In this document: positions 46,976-56,261 of the stretch, piece after piece
Layout: the number at the start of each line of letters is the position of its first letter
Numbering within the stretch: position 1 is the stretch's first letter
Virus record (IMG/VR): IMGVR_UViG_3300032770_000002
Span: 62,001 to 126,000 of that record
Direction: 5' to 3' (one strand)
Length of the DNA stretch: 64,000 bases
Notes under the pieces: model-generated
Databases searched by the model: none
Seen by the model: the letters and a program-made list of their open reading frames with translations, nothing else
What the model was told of the DNA's origin: nothing
Position numbers and translations under genes: made by a program

Positions 46976-47805
46976 ACGCGCGCACGGTTATTGACGAGAT
47001 GGCGCAATATTATGTCGGCCCGATGCGACCTTACGACGAGACTCACGTTGAGGATGTCGAGCTGAAGTTTTATGACCGCAGGCGCTTTGACCAGAAGTGG
47101 TATTTCACAGCTACTGTTTATCACAAAGGGAAGATTTACAGGTATCGAATTAATGGCAGTCTGTCAGAGCGGCTGATCAATAAAGTGAAGACAGTGTCAT
47201 CGCGGACGTGGAAAGGCTTTGAAGATAAGATTCAATTAAACCCACTCCTTTGGAAGCTTTACACCGAGAATATCAAGCCGCAGTTTACAGCGGCGCTTAA
47301 TGACGTGAATGCGCACTTGTCGCTTCACCCAGAACGCCGGTTCGACGGCTTCAAGTTTATAGGGATGCCACATAACAGGGACAAGCCAATTGAGTCGTAT
47401 CAATTTCTTGGGCCATCCGTCAGGTTGACACCAAGGAAGCCAGACGAGGTGTTGACCTACCCATGGCTAACTCGCAAGGAGCTAATCGATTTCCTTGACG
47501 TTGAAGGTTTTCGCTATATAGACACCATTAGCCAATACGGTATCGAAATGTCAACTCGACGTGGCCGCGAGATTGGAGCAAAAGATCCACAACATCGTTT
47601 GGCTACCTTCCTTAACAAGCTTGAAAGACCGGGTGATTCACTTTTAACAATCAAATCCTCGCAAAGTGTGGGAGAGCTTTGTTGGGTCCTGATGAATCCT
47701 GAGGAGCGTAAGCGGTTTGGCCTTGAAATTAAGAGAATGGCCCGTAACAGAGTTAAAGATCTGTTGAGTCATGAAGATAATCCAGATTTAGACTTAGAAT
47801 ATTGA
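46972..47805 (+). CDS. Leader-bearing protein, paralog family A (MNARTVIDE-MAQY)
   Basis: Closely similar to 48577..49392 (YY.GP..PYDE.H.E..ELK.YDR...QKWYF). Confidence 0.78.
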   Translation: MNARTVIDEMAQYYVGPMRPYDETHVEDVELKFYDRRRFDQKWYFTATVYHKGKIYRYRINGSLSERLINKVKTVSSRTWKGFEDKIQLNPLLWKLYTENIKPQFTAALNDVNAHLSLHPERRFDGFKFIGMPHNRDKPIESYQFLGPSVRLTPRKPDEVLTYPWLTRKELIDFLDVEGFRYIDTISQYGIEMSTRRGREIGAKDPQHRLATFLNKLERPGDSLLTIKSSQSVGELCWVLMNPEERKRFGLEIKRMARNRVKDLLSHEDNPDLDLEY

Positions 47806-48053
47806 ACGTTCTGCAAGGCATGACTATCGCTGAACTCTGCAGCACCTATCGGACTTGGGTCTCGGCAACCCAAAAGGATGAACAGCGTGACCACGTCCTC
47901 TGGATGCTTGATGAAATTCCAAAGATGCCAACGGCCGATCGCGGCAAGGCAAACCGCTGGCTCGGGTTTGTCCAAGGCTGGCTGTGGACCAAGGGTTGGA
48001 GCATCGACCAGATGAGGAAGGACGTCCGCTCACTTGACAGCGGACAGTTATAG
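47802..48053 (+). CDS. Hypothetical protein (KANRWLGFVQG motif)
   Basis: 83 aa; HVLWML...GKANRWLGFVQGWL. Confidence 0.6.
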   Translation: MNVLQGMTIAELCSTYRTWVSATQKDEQRDHVLWMLDEIPKMPTADRGKANRWLGFVQGWLWTKGWSIDQMRKDVRSLDSGQL

Positions 48054-48079
48054 CGTGACGACCGCACGTTCTGTCATTT

Positions 48080-48577
48080 ATGTCATATAAGCAAAAACAA
48101 GCGTGTAGACGACGAATGGTTCGGTTGTGGAAAGATCAAAATTGGCGTAAGAAGATCGCCAAATCTACGAAACGTCAATGGTCCAACCCTGATTTTGCAT
48201 CACGCGTAAGAAACCCGATGGTGTTTTTCAACTATCTTCGCAGTAATTACAGATGCGGAGCGGCCAGACGAAATCTTCCGTTTGAATTAACCCCTGAACA
48301 AATAGCCGAGATAGTGATTCGTCCGTGTTTCTATTGCGGTTCCATGCCGGAAAAGTCAAAGTGGGCCGTCTTTATTGAACGTGGTCGAGCAGTCTACAGG
48401 CGATTTAGCGTTGTTCCGGATCATCACGGGATTGATCGTGTTGAAAATTCAAAGGGTTACACTCTCGACAATGTTGTAAGTTGTTGCAGTATTTGTAACG
48501 TCGCTAAAAGAACGATGTCGAAAGATGCATTCTTAGAGTGGGCAAAAAGATTGGCCCATCATCAAGGTTGGATTTAA
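48080..48577 (+). mobile_element. Free-standing HNH (His-Me) endonuclease
   Basis: CFYCG...GIDRVENSKGYTLDNVVSCCSICNVAK; AT-richer than its flanks. Confidence 0.85.
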
Positions 48578-49392
48578 TGGACTCACGCCAAACTATTGAT
48601 AGGATTTTTGAGATGGCGCGATACTACATCGGCCCGATCAAGCCGTATGACGAGATTCACCTTGAAAACGCTGAGCTGAAGTATTACGACCGCAAGCGTG
48701 GGCCACAGAAGTGGTATTTTCGGGTCAATGTCCTCTATCAAGGGCGGGTCTTTGAATATAGGAATTGGGGAGACCTTGCGAAGCGCCACACGAGTAGCAT
48801 TGATTGGGAGAAGCGGCGTGAGCTGAAGCAGACCAACCAGCCGAAGGCCATCTTCTCAATGTCTTCAATGACGTTGAAGAAGTGGGAGGAAAAGGCCGCC
48901 AAGAACCCAGACGTCTGGAAGCTCTACACCGAGACCATCAAGCCGCACCTCGACAAGTCACTTGAGGACTTTGAGAAGATGTCTGGCAAGCCAACGATTC
49001 AGCCCGACCAATTTCTTTCAGGAACTGCTAACCGGCAAGACGACGACACGTGGGCCGATCCAGAGCGTTGGAGAAGAGCGGCGAATCCGCGCGATTTTTC
49101 ATGGCTGTCGAACGATCAGTTTCGACAGGTTCTCGATGATGAGGGCATTCGCTACATGCAGGACATCGCCGAATATGGTGTGGAACGCTACGCCAAGTAT
49201 TGGCAAATGGACGATTGGAAGCGTGTGGCGGTGTTTATCGACAAGCTGATGAAGCCAGACGACAAGTTGTTCGACATCAGAACGGCTCAGCGTCACCACG
49301 ACTACGTCCTGATGAACCCAGAGGAGCAGGAGCGGTTTGAAGCGCGCATTCAACGGCTGGCCCGCCAGAATGTCAGCGGCATGCTCTCATGA
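48577..49392 (+). CDS. Leader-bearing protein, paralog family A (MDSRQTIDRIFE-MARY)
   Basis: TAATG overlap with the HNH stop; YVLMNPEE. Confidence 0.78.
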   Translation: MDSRQTIDRIFEMARYYIGPIKPYDEIHLENAELKYYDRKRGPQKWYFRVNVLYQGRVFEYRNWGDLAKRHTSSIDWEKRRELKQTNQPKAIFSMSSMTLKKWEEKAAKNPDVWKLYTETIKPHLDKSLEDFEKMSGKPTIQPDQFLSGTANRQDDDTWADPERWRRAANPRDFSWLSNDQFRQVLDDEGIRYMQDIAEYGVERYAKYWQMDDWKRVAVFIDKLMKPDDKLFDIRTAQRHHDYVLMNPEEQERFEARIQRLARQNVSGMLS

Positions 49393-49700
49393 AAGCGCGT
49401 GACATCGTTGATGATGGCTTCAAGAAGCTTCGGCGTTTTTACATGGAGGTGGGTTTTCCAGCCGACTCAGACGACCTAATCGGACCTACTGTTCACGCCA
49501 TTGCGGCGTTAAATGGTGGCCAGCACATGGCTTCTGGCTTCAGTAACAAACGAAGACACATTGTCTTCGTGTTTGACAGCGAACCTGACGCCAATTCGTT
49601 TCAAGAGCAAGTTCACAAGCGGTGTCCATCCGTCGATTTCTATGGGCGCGGCGGCATGCTTCCGACGCGTTTTTCATTGCCATTTCATGACTCCCCGTGA
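49389..49700 (+). CDS. Leader-bearing protein, paralog family B (MKARDIVDD)
   Basis: AIAALNGGQHMASG...FVFDS..D...F..QV.KRCP. Confidence 0.72.
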   Translation: MKARDIVDDGFKKLRRFYMEVGFPADSDDLIGPTVHAIAALNGGQHMASGFSNKRRHIVFVFDSEPDANSFQEQVHKRCPSVDFYGRGGMLPTRFSLPFHDSP

Positions 49701-50034
49701 CGTCATTGAGTTGCTGAACTTGGACTCGCGGTTCGTGGTTGTCTACACGCCAGGGTCGGAGAGGTCGGGTGGGTCAGATAGCATTGCGACAGTTCTGATT
49801 GGACTTTCAGCCATGAACGACGGCTATTTTTGGGCCGGCTCATTCTCTAGCTTAAACAAAGAACGGGCGTTCCTGTTTGAATTTAAAGACCCTAACGACG
49901 CCTTGAACTTCAAGAAGCAGGTCTTGTCACGCTGTCCAGACGCTGACGTGGTAACCCGGCCGTTCTGCGGCTTGGCTCCGACCACGTTCAGGGAGAAGCA
50001 GGTTCAGTCGATCGTCGTGCGAAAATCAGGGTGA
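49687..50034 (+). CDS. Leader-bearing protein, paralog family B (MTPRDVIE)
   Basis: LSAMNDGY...FEFKD..DA..F..QV.SRCP. Confidence 0.7.
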   Translation: MTPRDVIELLNLDSRFVVVYTPGSERSGGSDSIATVLIGLSAMNDGYFWAGSFSSLNKERAFLFEFKDPNDALNFKKQVLSRCPDADVVTRPFCGLAPTTFREKQVQSIVVRKSG

Positions 50035-50050
50035 AAGTTATACTTTATTC

Positions 50051-50314
50051 ATGGCAGCAGTCAAGCCATGGTCATATGCCGTAGACCTGCTGCAAAACAG
50101 CCCGTTGAGGACCAATCCTCAGGACTGTATGGAGAAGTTCACATCAAACCGCTGTGCAACCCAGTGCCCAATATTGACGGGCACTAACTCAGTTTTAACG
50201 ACACGTGGAGCGGCAGGCTGGGAATTAGCAGCCATCATGCCTCTCGCCGGCCGTTGCCACGTCTTTGAGGGTTGCGCCAATGCGTGCTGTGTTCTGATCT
50301 TCAAGAAACAGTAA
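50051..50314 (+). CDS. Hypothetical, DUF4177-like
   Basis: GAAGWELAAI...LIFKK. Confidence 0.45.
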   Translation: MAAVKPWSYAVDLLQNSPLRTNPQDCMEKFTSNRCATQCPILTGTNSVLTTRGAAGWELAAIMPLAGRCHVFEGCANACCVLIFKKQ

Positions 50315-50346
50315 GGGTAAGGGTCGCGGCTTCGTTGGGAATAGGA

Positions 50347-50688
50347 ATGAACGACGCCATTCCAGTCAAGGCCATTGAAGGCCATTGCCAGGCCATTTTT
50401 CGGTGCCCGAAGTGCTGGGTTCAACTGCTTACTGAGGAGTGGTGCATCCCGCCTTACGTCCTGCGGCACTCCACGTGCCCAGACCATGGTCCAGTGTGGG
50501 ACATCATGGAAGGCGTCCCAGAAGCAGTCAGGAACGAAGTCTTGGCCATCCCTGCACCACACTATCGTTGGACGGTCCCTCAGCTTGGGCCGCTGTATGA
50601 GCAGTGGGTGGCTAGGTTGCGGGTCACTTGGGCGCTCAACGGTGAGCCAGAGGGACCTTTTGGGTGTTATTTTAGGCATGGCACGTGA
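50347..50688 (+). CDS. Hypothetical Zn-binding protein
   Basis: CPKC...CPDH; ATG 50347. Confidence 0.5.
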   Translation: MNDAIPVKAIEGHCQAIFRCPKCWVQLLTEEWCIPPYVLRHSTCPDHGPVWDIMEGVPEAVRNEVLAIPAPHYRWTVPQLGPLYEQWVARLRVTWALNGEPEGPFGCYFRHGT

Positions 50689-50953
50689 CGTCAACATCCA
50701 GTTCACAACGGACGAGCACACCCTCCTTCATGGGCCGCCGGGCATGGCGCGGTGGTGTGACGACTTTACCCGGTTGGAGTTCATGTGCCCGTGTGGGAAC
50801 GACCACCTTGCTGGTGTGAGGTTCCAGCCTGCGTTTCAACAAGGGTGGAAGTGGGACGGCGACAAGGAGAAGCCAACGGTCACGCCAAGCATCCTCATCA
50901 ACCCCTGTGGGTGGCACGGCTACCTCACGAAGGGCCAGTTCAAGGAGTCTTAG
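50678..50953 (+). CDS. DUF6527-like small Zn-binding protein
   Basis: FMCPCG...WKWDGDKEKPTVTPSI...CGWHGYLTKG. Confidence 0.7.
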   Translation: MARDVNIQFTTDEHTLLHGPPGMARWCDDFTRLEFMCPCGNDHLAGVRFQPAFQQGWKWDGDKEKPTVTPSILINPCGWHGYLTKGQFKES

Positions 50954-51150
50954 CGAGCGCAAGTTCTGTCAGGCATGGGCCTGAACGTCACGCACACCTT
51001 CGTCAAGCTGCCAGTCAGCGAGCGAACATTCAACGAAATTTACGCGAAGCTGCTGGCGGCTCACTACGTCGACCAGATCCACAACGTCGACGGCGACACG
51101 CTGATTGACATGCACGGGCTCGCCATCACCAAGAAAAAGAAGAGGCGCAA

Positions 51151-51372
51151 ATGAAGGAGTTTATGTTCACGTCCGTGACCGACCTCGGGTCAATCACCGC
51201 GGATGACCTCGCGAAGGAGCTTGGCAAGGACGTCAAGGACCTGACCTACGCTGACGTCAACGCCTATGGCGTCAAATTAGAGTTGACCTACGTTAATCCT
51301 AACGGCGCCCAATTGAACCCGCCTGGCGGCAAGCGGCTCGTCATCTCGACGTCATCCACGGACTCAAGGTGA
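51151..51372 (+). CDS. Hypothetical protein
   Basis: 73 aa. Confidence 0.5.
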   Translation: MKEFMFTSVTDLGSITADDLAKELGKDVKDLTYADVNAYGVKLELTYVNPNGAQLNPPGGKRLVISTSSTDSR

Positions 51373-51608
51373 AACTGAGCGACTTAACTGACTTGGCTAA
51401 GAGGATGGCCGACACTCACAGTGAAGCTGAGGTCGCGGTGTTAGTCAAGCGGGCCGACGGCAGTTACGTCATTGCCAATCCTGTCTTCGTCACCACATTT
51501 ACGGTTTCTTCGACCCTGTCCGGGCGACCTGGGATTCTATTTCACTGCAACGAGTTGGGACTTCCAATCGATGATAAGACTACCGACATTTGCCAAGAGC
51601 AAGGTTGA
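51369..51608 (+). CDS. Hypothetical protein
   Basis: 79 aa, GTGA coupled. Confidence 0.5.
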   Translation: MKLSDLTDLAKRMADTHSEAEVAVLVKRADGSYVIANPVFVTTFTVSSTLSGRPGILFHCNELGLPIDDKTTDICQEQG

Positions 51609-51840
51609 GTCGTTAAGCGCGGAGTGGGAAACCTTGCGGGTCATTGAGCATGAAGTTGGCTCGATCGCTGATTGGGATGAGGCTAGGCTTTTGAAGCTGA
51701 TTAGCGATTACAATCACTACGCCGTCACGACGGCGGATCGCGGGTCATGGCGGTTTCGGTGGACCGCCGAGGAACTGGCGGAGATTCGCCAACAGCTCGC
51801 TCGAATTATGGTCAAAAAAGAACTCAACCATGAAAGCTAA
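51571..51840 (+). CDS. Hypothetical protein
   Basis: Start uncertain. Confidence 0.45.
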   Translation: MIRLPTFAKSKVESLSAEWETLRVIEHEVGSIADWDEARLLKLISDYNHYAVTTADRGSWRFRWTAEELAEIRQQLARIMVKKELNHES

Positions 51841-52030
51841 AAAGGTCAGGATTAAAGTCTGGACGGTCACTGGTGAAACCCAAGTCTATGGGCCGTTCTT
51901 CTCGAAGAAAGAGGCCGACGAGTGCCGGTCTTACAACACTAACGGCTGGGGCACGGTGAGGTCAAAGACGGTCATGGCCGTTGTCGCGAGCGACCGAAAG
52001 ACACCGCGTCGTCTAGCCATCGCCGCCTGA
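51830..52030 (+). CDS. Hypothetical basic protein
   Basis: 66 aa. Confidence 0.5.
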   Translation: MKAKKVRIKVWTVTGETQVYGPFFSKKEADECRSYNTNGWGTVRSKTVMAVVASDRKTPRRLAIAA

Positions 52031-52033
52031 TTT

Positions 52034-52480
52034 ATGGGCCAAGCCACAATCCTGACAAACGGGTGCTTTGACATCATCACCGTCGCCCACGTCCGCGTCA
52101 TCCAGTATGCGTCGCTCTTGCGCGGGCAGTTTGGCAAGCTCATCGTCGCGGTCAATGATGACGCGTCGGTCGCGTATCTCAAGGGACCAATGCGGCCGAT
52201 CAACACGTGTTCCTTGCGAATGGAGGTCGTGTCAGCGTTGAAGGGCGTCGACCAGGTCGTGAGCTTCAATGAGCCGACCATCACGCACCTCATCCACAAG
52301 TTCAGGCCAACGCACTGGGTCAAGGGCGGCGACTACACGCTTGACAAGCTCAACGCTGAGGAGGTCAACGCGGCTAATGACGTTGGCTGCAAGATCGTCC
52401 TCATTCCACGCGTGGATGGGGTCTCGACGACTGAGATTGTTGAGCGGCTCAAGGAGCACGCGTGGCCAGACCATGGTTGA
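52034..52480 (+). CDS. Cytidyltransferase-like nucleotidyltransferase, HldE/RfaE domain II-like (heptose-1-P adenylyltransferase)
   Basis: TNGCFDI, LIVAVNDDASV..LKG..RPIN, VDQVVSF.E.T, VKGGDY, GVSTT.I; HxGH is degenerate (TVAH). Confidence 0.85.
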   Translation: MGQATILTNGCFDIITVAHVRVIQYASLLRGQFGKLIVAVNDDASVAYLKGPMRPINTCSLRMEVVSALKGVDQVVSFNEPTITHLIHKFRPTHWVKGGDYTLDKLNAEEVNAANDVGCKIVLIPRVDGVSTTEIVERLKEHAWPDHG

Positions 52481-52482
52481 CT

Positions 52483-52851
52483 ATGCCCGAATACGTGACG
52501 TTTTTCGACAAGTTTGGGACGGCCGTCTACGAGTGGCCAGAAAGGACGGAAAACATAATTGGCGACTTTTGGGGCCGAGAGAAGGTCATCCTGCCACCTG
52601 GCCGATACGCCGTCGAGTTTGACGCGCCACGTTCGCTCATCCTGTTAACGGACTCCGCTAACCGCACATTTGTCATCCAGCAAAGCGCCTATAAGACGGC
52701 TCTCGTAAGTTTGAACGCGGTCTTGGATAGCCGCGCCAAGAAGTGGCTTGAGCACCTGAAGCGCGTTCCAATCTTCAGTGATGAGGCCAGTGCATTGCTG
52801 CAAAAGCTCGAACGTGAACGCGTGAAGGCCACGCTGGACGTCGCGACGTAG
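52483..52851 (+). CDS. Hypothetical protein
   Basis: ATG 52483. Confidence 0.55.
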   Translation: MPEYVTFFDKFGTAVYEWPERTENIIGDFWGREKVILPPGRYAVEFDAPRSLILLTDSANRTFVIQQSAYKTALVSLNAVLDSRAKKWLEHLKRVPIFSDEASALLQKLERERVKATLDVAT

Positions 52852-52877
52852 GCCATTGACAAGGCAATATGTAATGC

Positions 52878-53849
52878 ATGCCGTCATGTTTTGCGCCCCA
52901 ATCGAAGCTCCTCTTCTACCCGACCCAAGTAAAAGCCTTCGTTGACGACCACTCCGCACCGCCAGTCAACATTGAAATCAGCCCGACCCATGACTGCCCA
53001 GCTCGTTGCCCGTGGTGCTGGTTTGTGTCGTCAAAGGCGAATCACCCGCGCCACGTGAAGGAGGAGCTGAAATTTTCAGTGCTTGCGCAGACAATCGACG
53101 CCATGGCCCGAATGGGCGTCAAGGCCATCACGTGGACTGGAGGCGGCGACCCGTCGGTCTATTCGGCGATCAACGAGGCGATTGACCTCACAGCCAGTTT
53201 TGGCCTCGAACAGGGGATGTTCACCAACGGCTACAAGCCGATCAACCACCCTGAGAAGCTGGCGTGGATCCGCCTGACTGTGACTGAGCAGTTCAGGGTG
53301 CCAAAGTCAGCGAGTGGCTACGCGGCCAAGACCAAGGTCGGCGTCAACTTCAACCTGTGCCAGGAGAACGCGACGCACCTGCGCGCGATGGTTGAGGCGG
53401 CTCGCAGTTCTGGCGTGCACTACTTCCAAGTGCGCCCAGCGTTGGCCACAAGCGCTGAGAAACAACTTCCAGTTGAGTTCCCTGAGTGGCTGCAGGACTA
53501 CTCGACTGAGAACTTTGAGGTCGTCACGACCGACTACAAGTTCAACGACTACCTCAAGCCACACGGCTATCCGCTTTGCCACGGCCACCGGCTCGTTCCA
53601 TTTGTCTGGCACAACGGTGACGTGGCCGTTTGCGCCTACCACTTCGGGAAGCCTGAGTTCATCTTCGGCAACTTGAACGAGCAGTCATTCGAGGAGATTT
53701 GGAACGGTGAGCGGCGCGCGACGATGCTCAGGGATGGCGTCGCCGTCATCCCGGCCTGTCAACGCTGCTGCAAGAACCACGAGATCAACAAGGCCCTTGC
53801 CGCCTTGCGTGGTGAGTATGCCCTGGTCAAGGACCAAAAGTTCCTATGA
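52878..53849 (+). CDS. Radical SAM enzyme with SPASM/twitch domain
   Basis: CPARCPWC (CxxxCxxC), TGGGDP, GDVAVC...GNL...FEEIWNG...CQRC. Confidence 0.9.
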   Translation: MPSCFAPQSKLLFYPTQVKAFVDDHSAPPVNIEISPTHDCPARCPWCWFVSSKANHPRHVKEELKFSVLAQTIDAMARMGVKAITWTGGGDPSVYSAINEAIDLTASFGLEQGMFTNGYKPINHPEKLAWIRLTVTEQFRVPKSASGYAAKTKVGVNFNLCQENATHLRAMVEAARSSGVHYFQVRPALATSAEKQLPVEFPEWLQDYSTENFEVVTTDYKFNDYLKPHGYPLCHGHRLVPFVWHNGDVAVCAYHFGKPEFIFGNLNEQSFEEIWNGERRATMLRDGVAVIPACQRCCKNHEINKALAALRGEYALVKDQKFL

Positions 53850-54592
53850 GGCCGATGCGGTGGGAGGACTTCAGGCCGGCGGTGCTGGCCTTGGGCAACA
53901 CGCTCTACACGAGGGACCATGTCCAGGAAAAGCTGGGCATCATCCGCGGGCAACCCAACAAGCGGTGGGCCTTGGTGACGATGGGGACTGACCCGCCAGT
54001 TGGCGACCAGCACGCCTTGCAGTTGCCTGAAAACGCCACGTGGTTCGCGCAGAACTGTTGGACAAAGATGCGGCGGATGCAAGGCATCCCAATTGGCCCG
54101 CCTTGGGGAGCCGACAATAAGTTCGAGAACATAACAGCCAACGTCAACACGCCCAAGACTAAGCGGCTCTTCGCTTGCCTGTCCATCGGCAACAACCCAG
54201 GCCAGCGAGTTCCAGCAATGGCGGCCGCTGAGAAGGTCAAGTCGGCCACGCTTCGGCCATACGCCAACAACCACCCAAAGCTGATGGGCCACCTTGAGTT
54301 CATCAAGCTGATGGCACAGCATGAGTTTGTCCTGTGCCCGCCAGGAGCTCACGACAGTGACACCCACAGGACGTGGGAAGCGCTGCACCTTGGCTGCGTG
54401 CCGATCTGCAAGCGCTCACCCGTGTTGGACTGGTTCGTCGACCTTCCGATCATGTTTGTCGACGACTGGTCTGAGCTGACCGACGCGGCGATGGACCGGG
54501 CCAAGGCGGAGCTCGAGCCGAAGTGGCCCAACTGCAAGACGATGCTGTGGACCGACTACTGGCTCGAGAAGGTGAAGCGTGCGATCGCCTAG
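53846..54592 (+). CDS. Exostosin/GT47-like glycosyltransferase
   Basis: FVLCPPG...DTHRTWEALHLGCVPI...LPIMFVDDWSEL. Confidence 0.75.
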   Translation: MRPMRWEDFRPAVLALGNTLYTRDHVQEKLGIIRGQPNKRWALVTMGTDPPVGDQHALQLPENATWFAQNCWTKMRRMQGIPIGPPWGADNKFENITANVNTPKTKRLFACLSIGNNPGQRVPAMAAAEKVKSATLRPYANNHPKLMGHLEFIKLMAQHEFVLCPPGAHDSDTHRTWEALHLGCVPICKRSPVLDWFVDLPIMFVDDWSELTDAAMDRAKAELEPKWPNCKTMLWTDYWLEKVKRAIA

Positions 54593-54593
54593 C

Positions 54594-55403
54594 TTACTGG
54601 TAGAGCCCGTTGGACGCCGTCGCGCCGGCGATGCTGCCGGGCAAGGTCACGCCCGAGTTGATGATCCCGCCAAGCACGGCGGTGTATCGCTGGCCCGTCG
54701 CGCTCCCGCTGTAGGTGTTTCCAGTCAAGAGGATGTTTGAGACCATTTGGCAGTAGACGAACGCGCCAGTGTAGGCCGGCGTCCCGGTCAGGGTCACGGT
54801 CGTGTTGATGATTTGAACGATGCCGCCGTAAGACGCGAGGATGTGCGTGCTCCCTCCGCCAGAGATGGAGTAGTTGCCATTCGACATGAGGACGCTGGCG
54901 TTGGTGACGACGATTTGGTTCGACAGGCCAGTGTTGAAGTCAATGGCTGAGAACGTGACACGAGCGCCATAGGACAGGAGCAGCCCTGACGGCGAGCCGC
55001 CGGTCGCCTTGAGCCGAAACCCTTGGATGAGGTAACTCTGGCCGCCAGAAAAGCTGAAGATCTGGCCGATGGCCGAGCCAGTTTGAATGACGACGTTCGA
55101 CGGTGTCGTCGTGTTGCCAATGACGGCGATCGTCCCACCGCCCGAGCCCCGGTCACAGGTGATTGAGGCCGAGACGTTGTAGGTGCCATCGGCGAGCTGG
55201 ATGGTCGCCTGAACGCCGCGAAGAATCTCATACATGTTGACAGTGTCAATGGCTTGTTGAATCGTCAGGAATGGGTAGCTTGACGAGCCGTCATGGCTGT
55301 CGTCCCCACCAGGTGAAACATACCACGTTCGGTTGGACGTGAGGATGTAAGAGCTTTGGCCATCGGCCTTCATCGGATTTGGAACTGGTGTTATTGGTAA
55401 CAT
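54594..55403 (-). CDS. Pectin-lyase-like beta-helix tail fibre/spike domain protein
   Basis: WYVSPGGDDSHDGSSSYPFLTIQQAID, IQLADGTY, G/S/T-rich beta repeats. Confidence 0.7.
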   Translation of the reverse strand: MLPITPVPNPMKADGQSSYILTSNRTWYVSPGGDDSHDGSSSYPFLTIQQAIDTVNMYEILRGVQATIQLADGTYNVSASITCDRGSGGGTIAVIGNTTTPSNVVIQTGSAIGQIFSFSGGQSYLIQGFRLKATGGSPSGLLLSYGARVTFSAIDFNTGLSNQIVVTNASVLMSNGNYSISGGGSTHILASYGGIVQIINTTVTLTGTPAYTGAFVYCQMVSNILLTGNTYSGSATGQRYTAVLGGIINSGVTLPGSIAGATASNGLYQ

Positions 55404-55528
55404 GGTGACTTAAATAACGTCCAGAGACGTTCTTAGCCACATGACAACAAACGGGCTACCCAGTCAGGCTGCTGCCACTGCCCAGTGAGATCACGTCGTC
55501 AAAGTCTGGCCAGTTGACGAAGCCGTGA

Positions 55529-55741
55529 TTAGACATTCAGGTTTCTCTGCGTGAAGGTTCGTTTGGGTGACGTCTTAACGAAGGGCGCAGGTTCCCAAAT
55601 TCTGCGCCCTTCAAATATGAGCTGCTTGACCCGCAACCTCAAGTGAACCCCTGTCCAATAACTAAGGCGCCGAATTGTTCGACAACGAAGCCGGTTTCGA
55701 AAAGCTTGCTCGAGTTTCCACTCAATGCGGTTGGCGTTCAT
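55529..55741 (-). CDS. Hypothetical basic protein
   Basis: MNANRIEW..., directly downstream of NADAR. Confidence 0.4.
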   Translation of the reverse strand: MNANRIEWKLEQAFRNRLRCRTIRRLSYWTGVHLRLRVKQLIFEGRRIWEPAPFVKTSPKRTFTQRNLNV

Positions 55742-55745
55742 GCTT

Positions 55746-56258
55746 TTACGGGTCGCGCAGCTCTTCGGGCATGTGGTGATCTGGCCGTGTCTCGCGAATG
55801 ACGGAACGCACAACCATCAGCAACCGGCCAAGGTGGTTTTTGCCACGCCAAGTCGTGTCGTCACAACCCCAGAAGCGGTCGTTCCAACTGTTGCCCTCAA
55901 TTAGCTGTGCATCCCCAGTCTCTAGGAGCTTATGGCGCAATATCGGGTCGCTGAACTTAATCATGAGCAGGTTGAACATGACTTCCAGCTTCACCTCTTC
56001 CCAATCGGCGCGTAGGGTGCAGTGCTTGCCTTTGGCCTTAGCCTCGCCGGGTGTTGCAGTCAGGCGGATGTCCTCGATCTCGTCCTCGTTGAGCGTCTTC
56101 GCGGCTTGATAGGCGTGCTCTACGCTTGGGTAGAACTTTTCAGTTTCGTGCGCGCCTTCGACCCGAATGACTCCCATGTGGAAGTTTGACAGAAAGCGGT
56201 AGTCACCCCTGAAGTGCTTGATTGGCCCTGGGCCAATCGTGCTTGTTTCGTGTTCCAT
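55746..56258 (-). CDS. NADAR (YbiA-like) family N-glycosidase/ADP-ribosylhydrolase
   Basis: FLSNF, SVEHAYQAAK, RADWEEVK, LLETG...LIEGN.W.DRFWG, GKNHLG.LLM.VR. Confidence 0.92.
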   Translation of the reverse strand: MEHETSTIGPGPIKHFRGDYRFLSNFHMGVIRVEGAHETEKFYPSVEHAYQAAKTLNEDEIEDIRLTATPGEAKAKGKHCTLRADWEEVKLEVMFNLLMIKFSDPILRHKLLETGDAQLIEGNSWNDRFWGCDDTTWRGKNHLGRLLMVVRSVIRETRPDHHMPEELRDP

Positions 56259-56261
56259 ATG

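Noticed and set aside
50119-50721. 200-aa minus ORF
   Set aside because: The plus-strand ORFs here carry recognisable motifs (GWEL, CxxC, DUF6527-like) and match local orientation.
53759-54388. 209-aa minus ORF
   Set aside because: Antisense shadow of the radical SAM and GT47-like genes.
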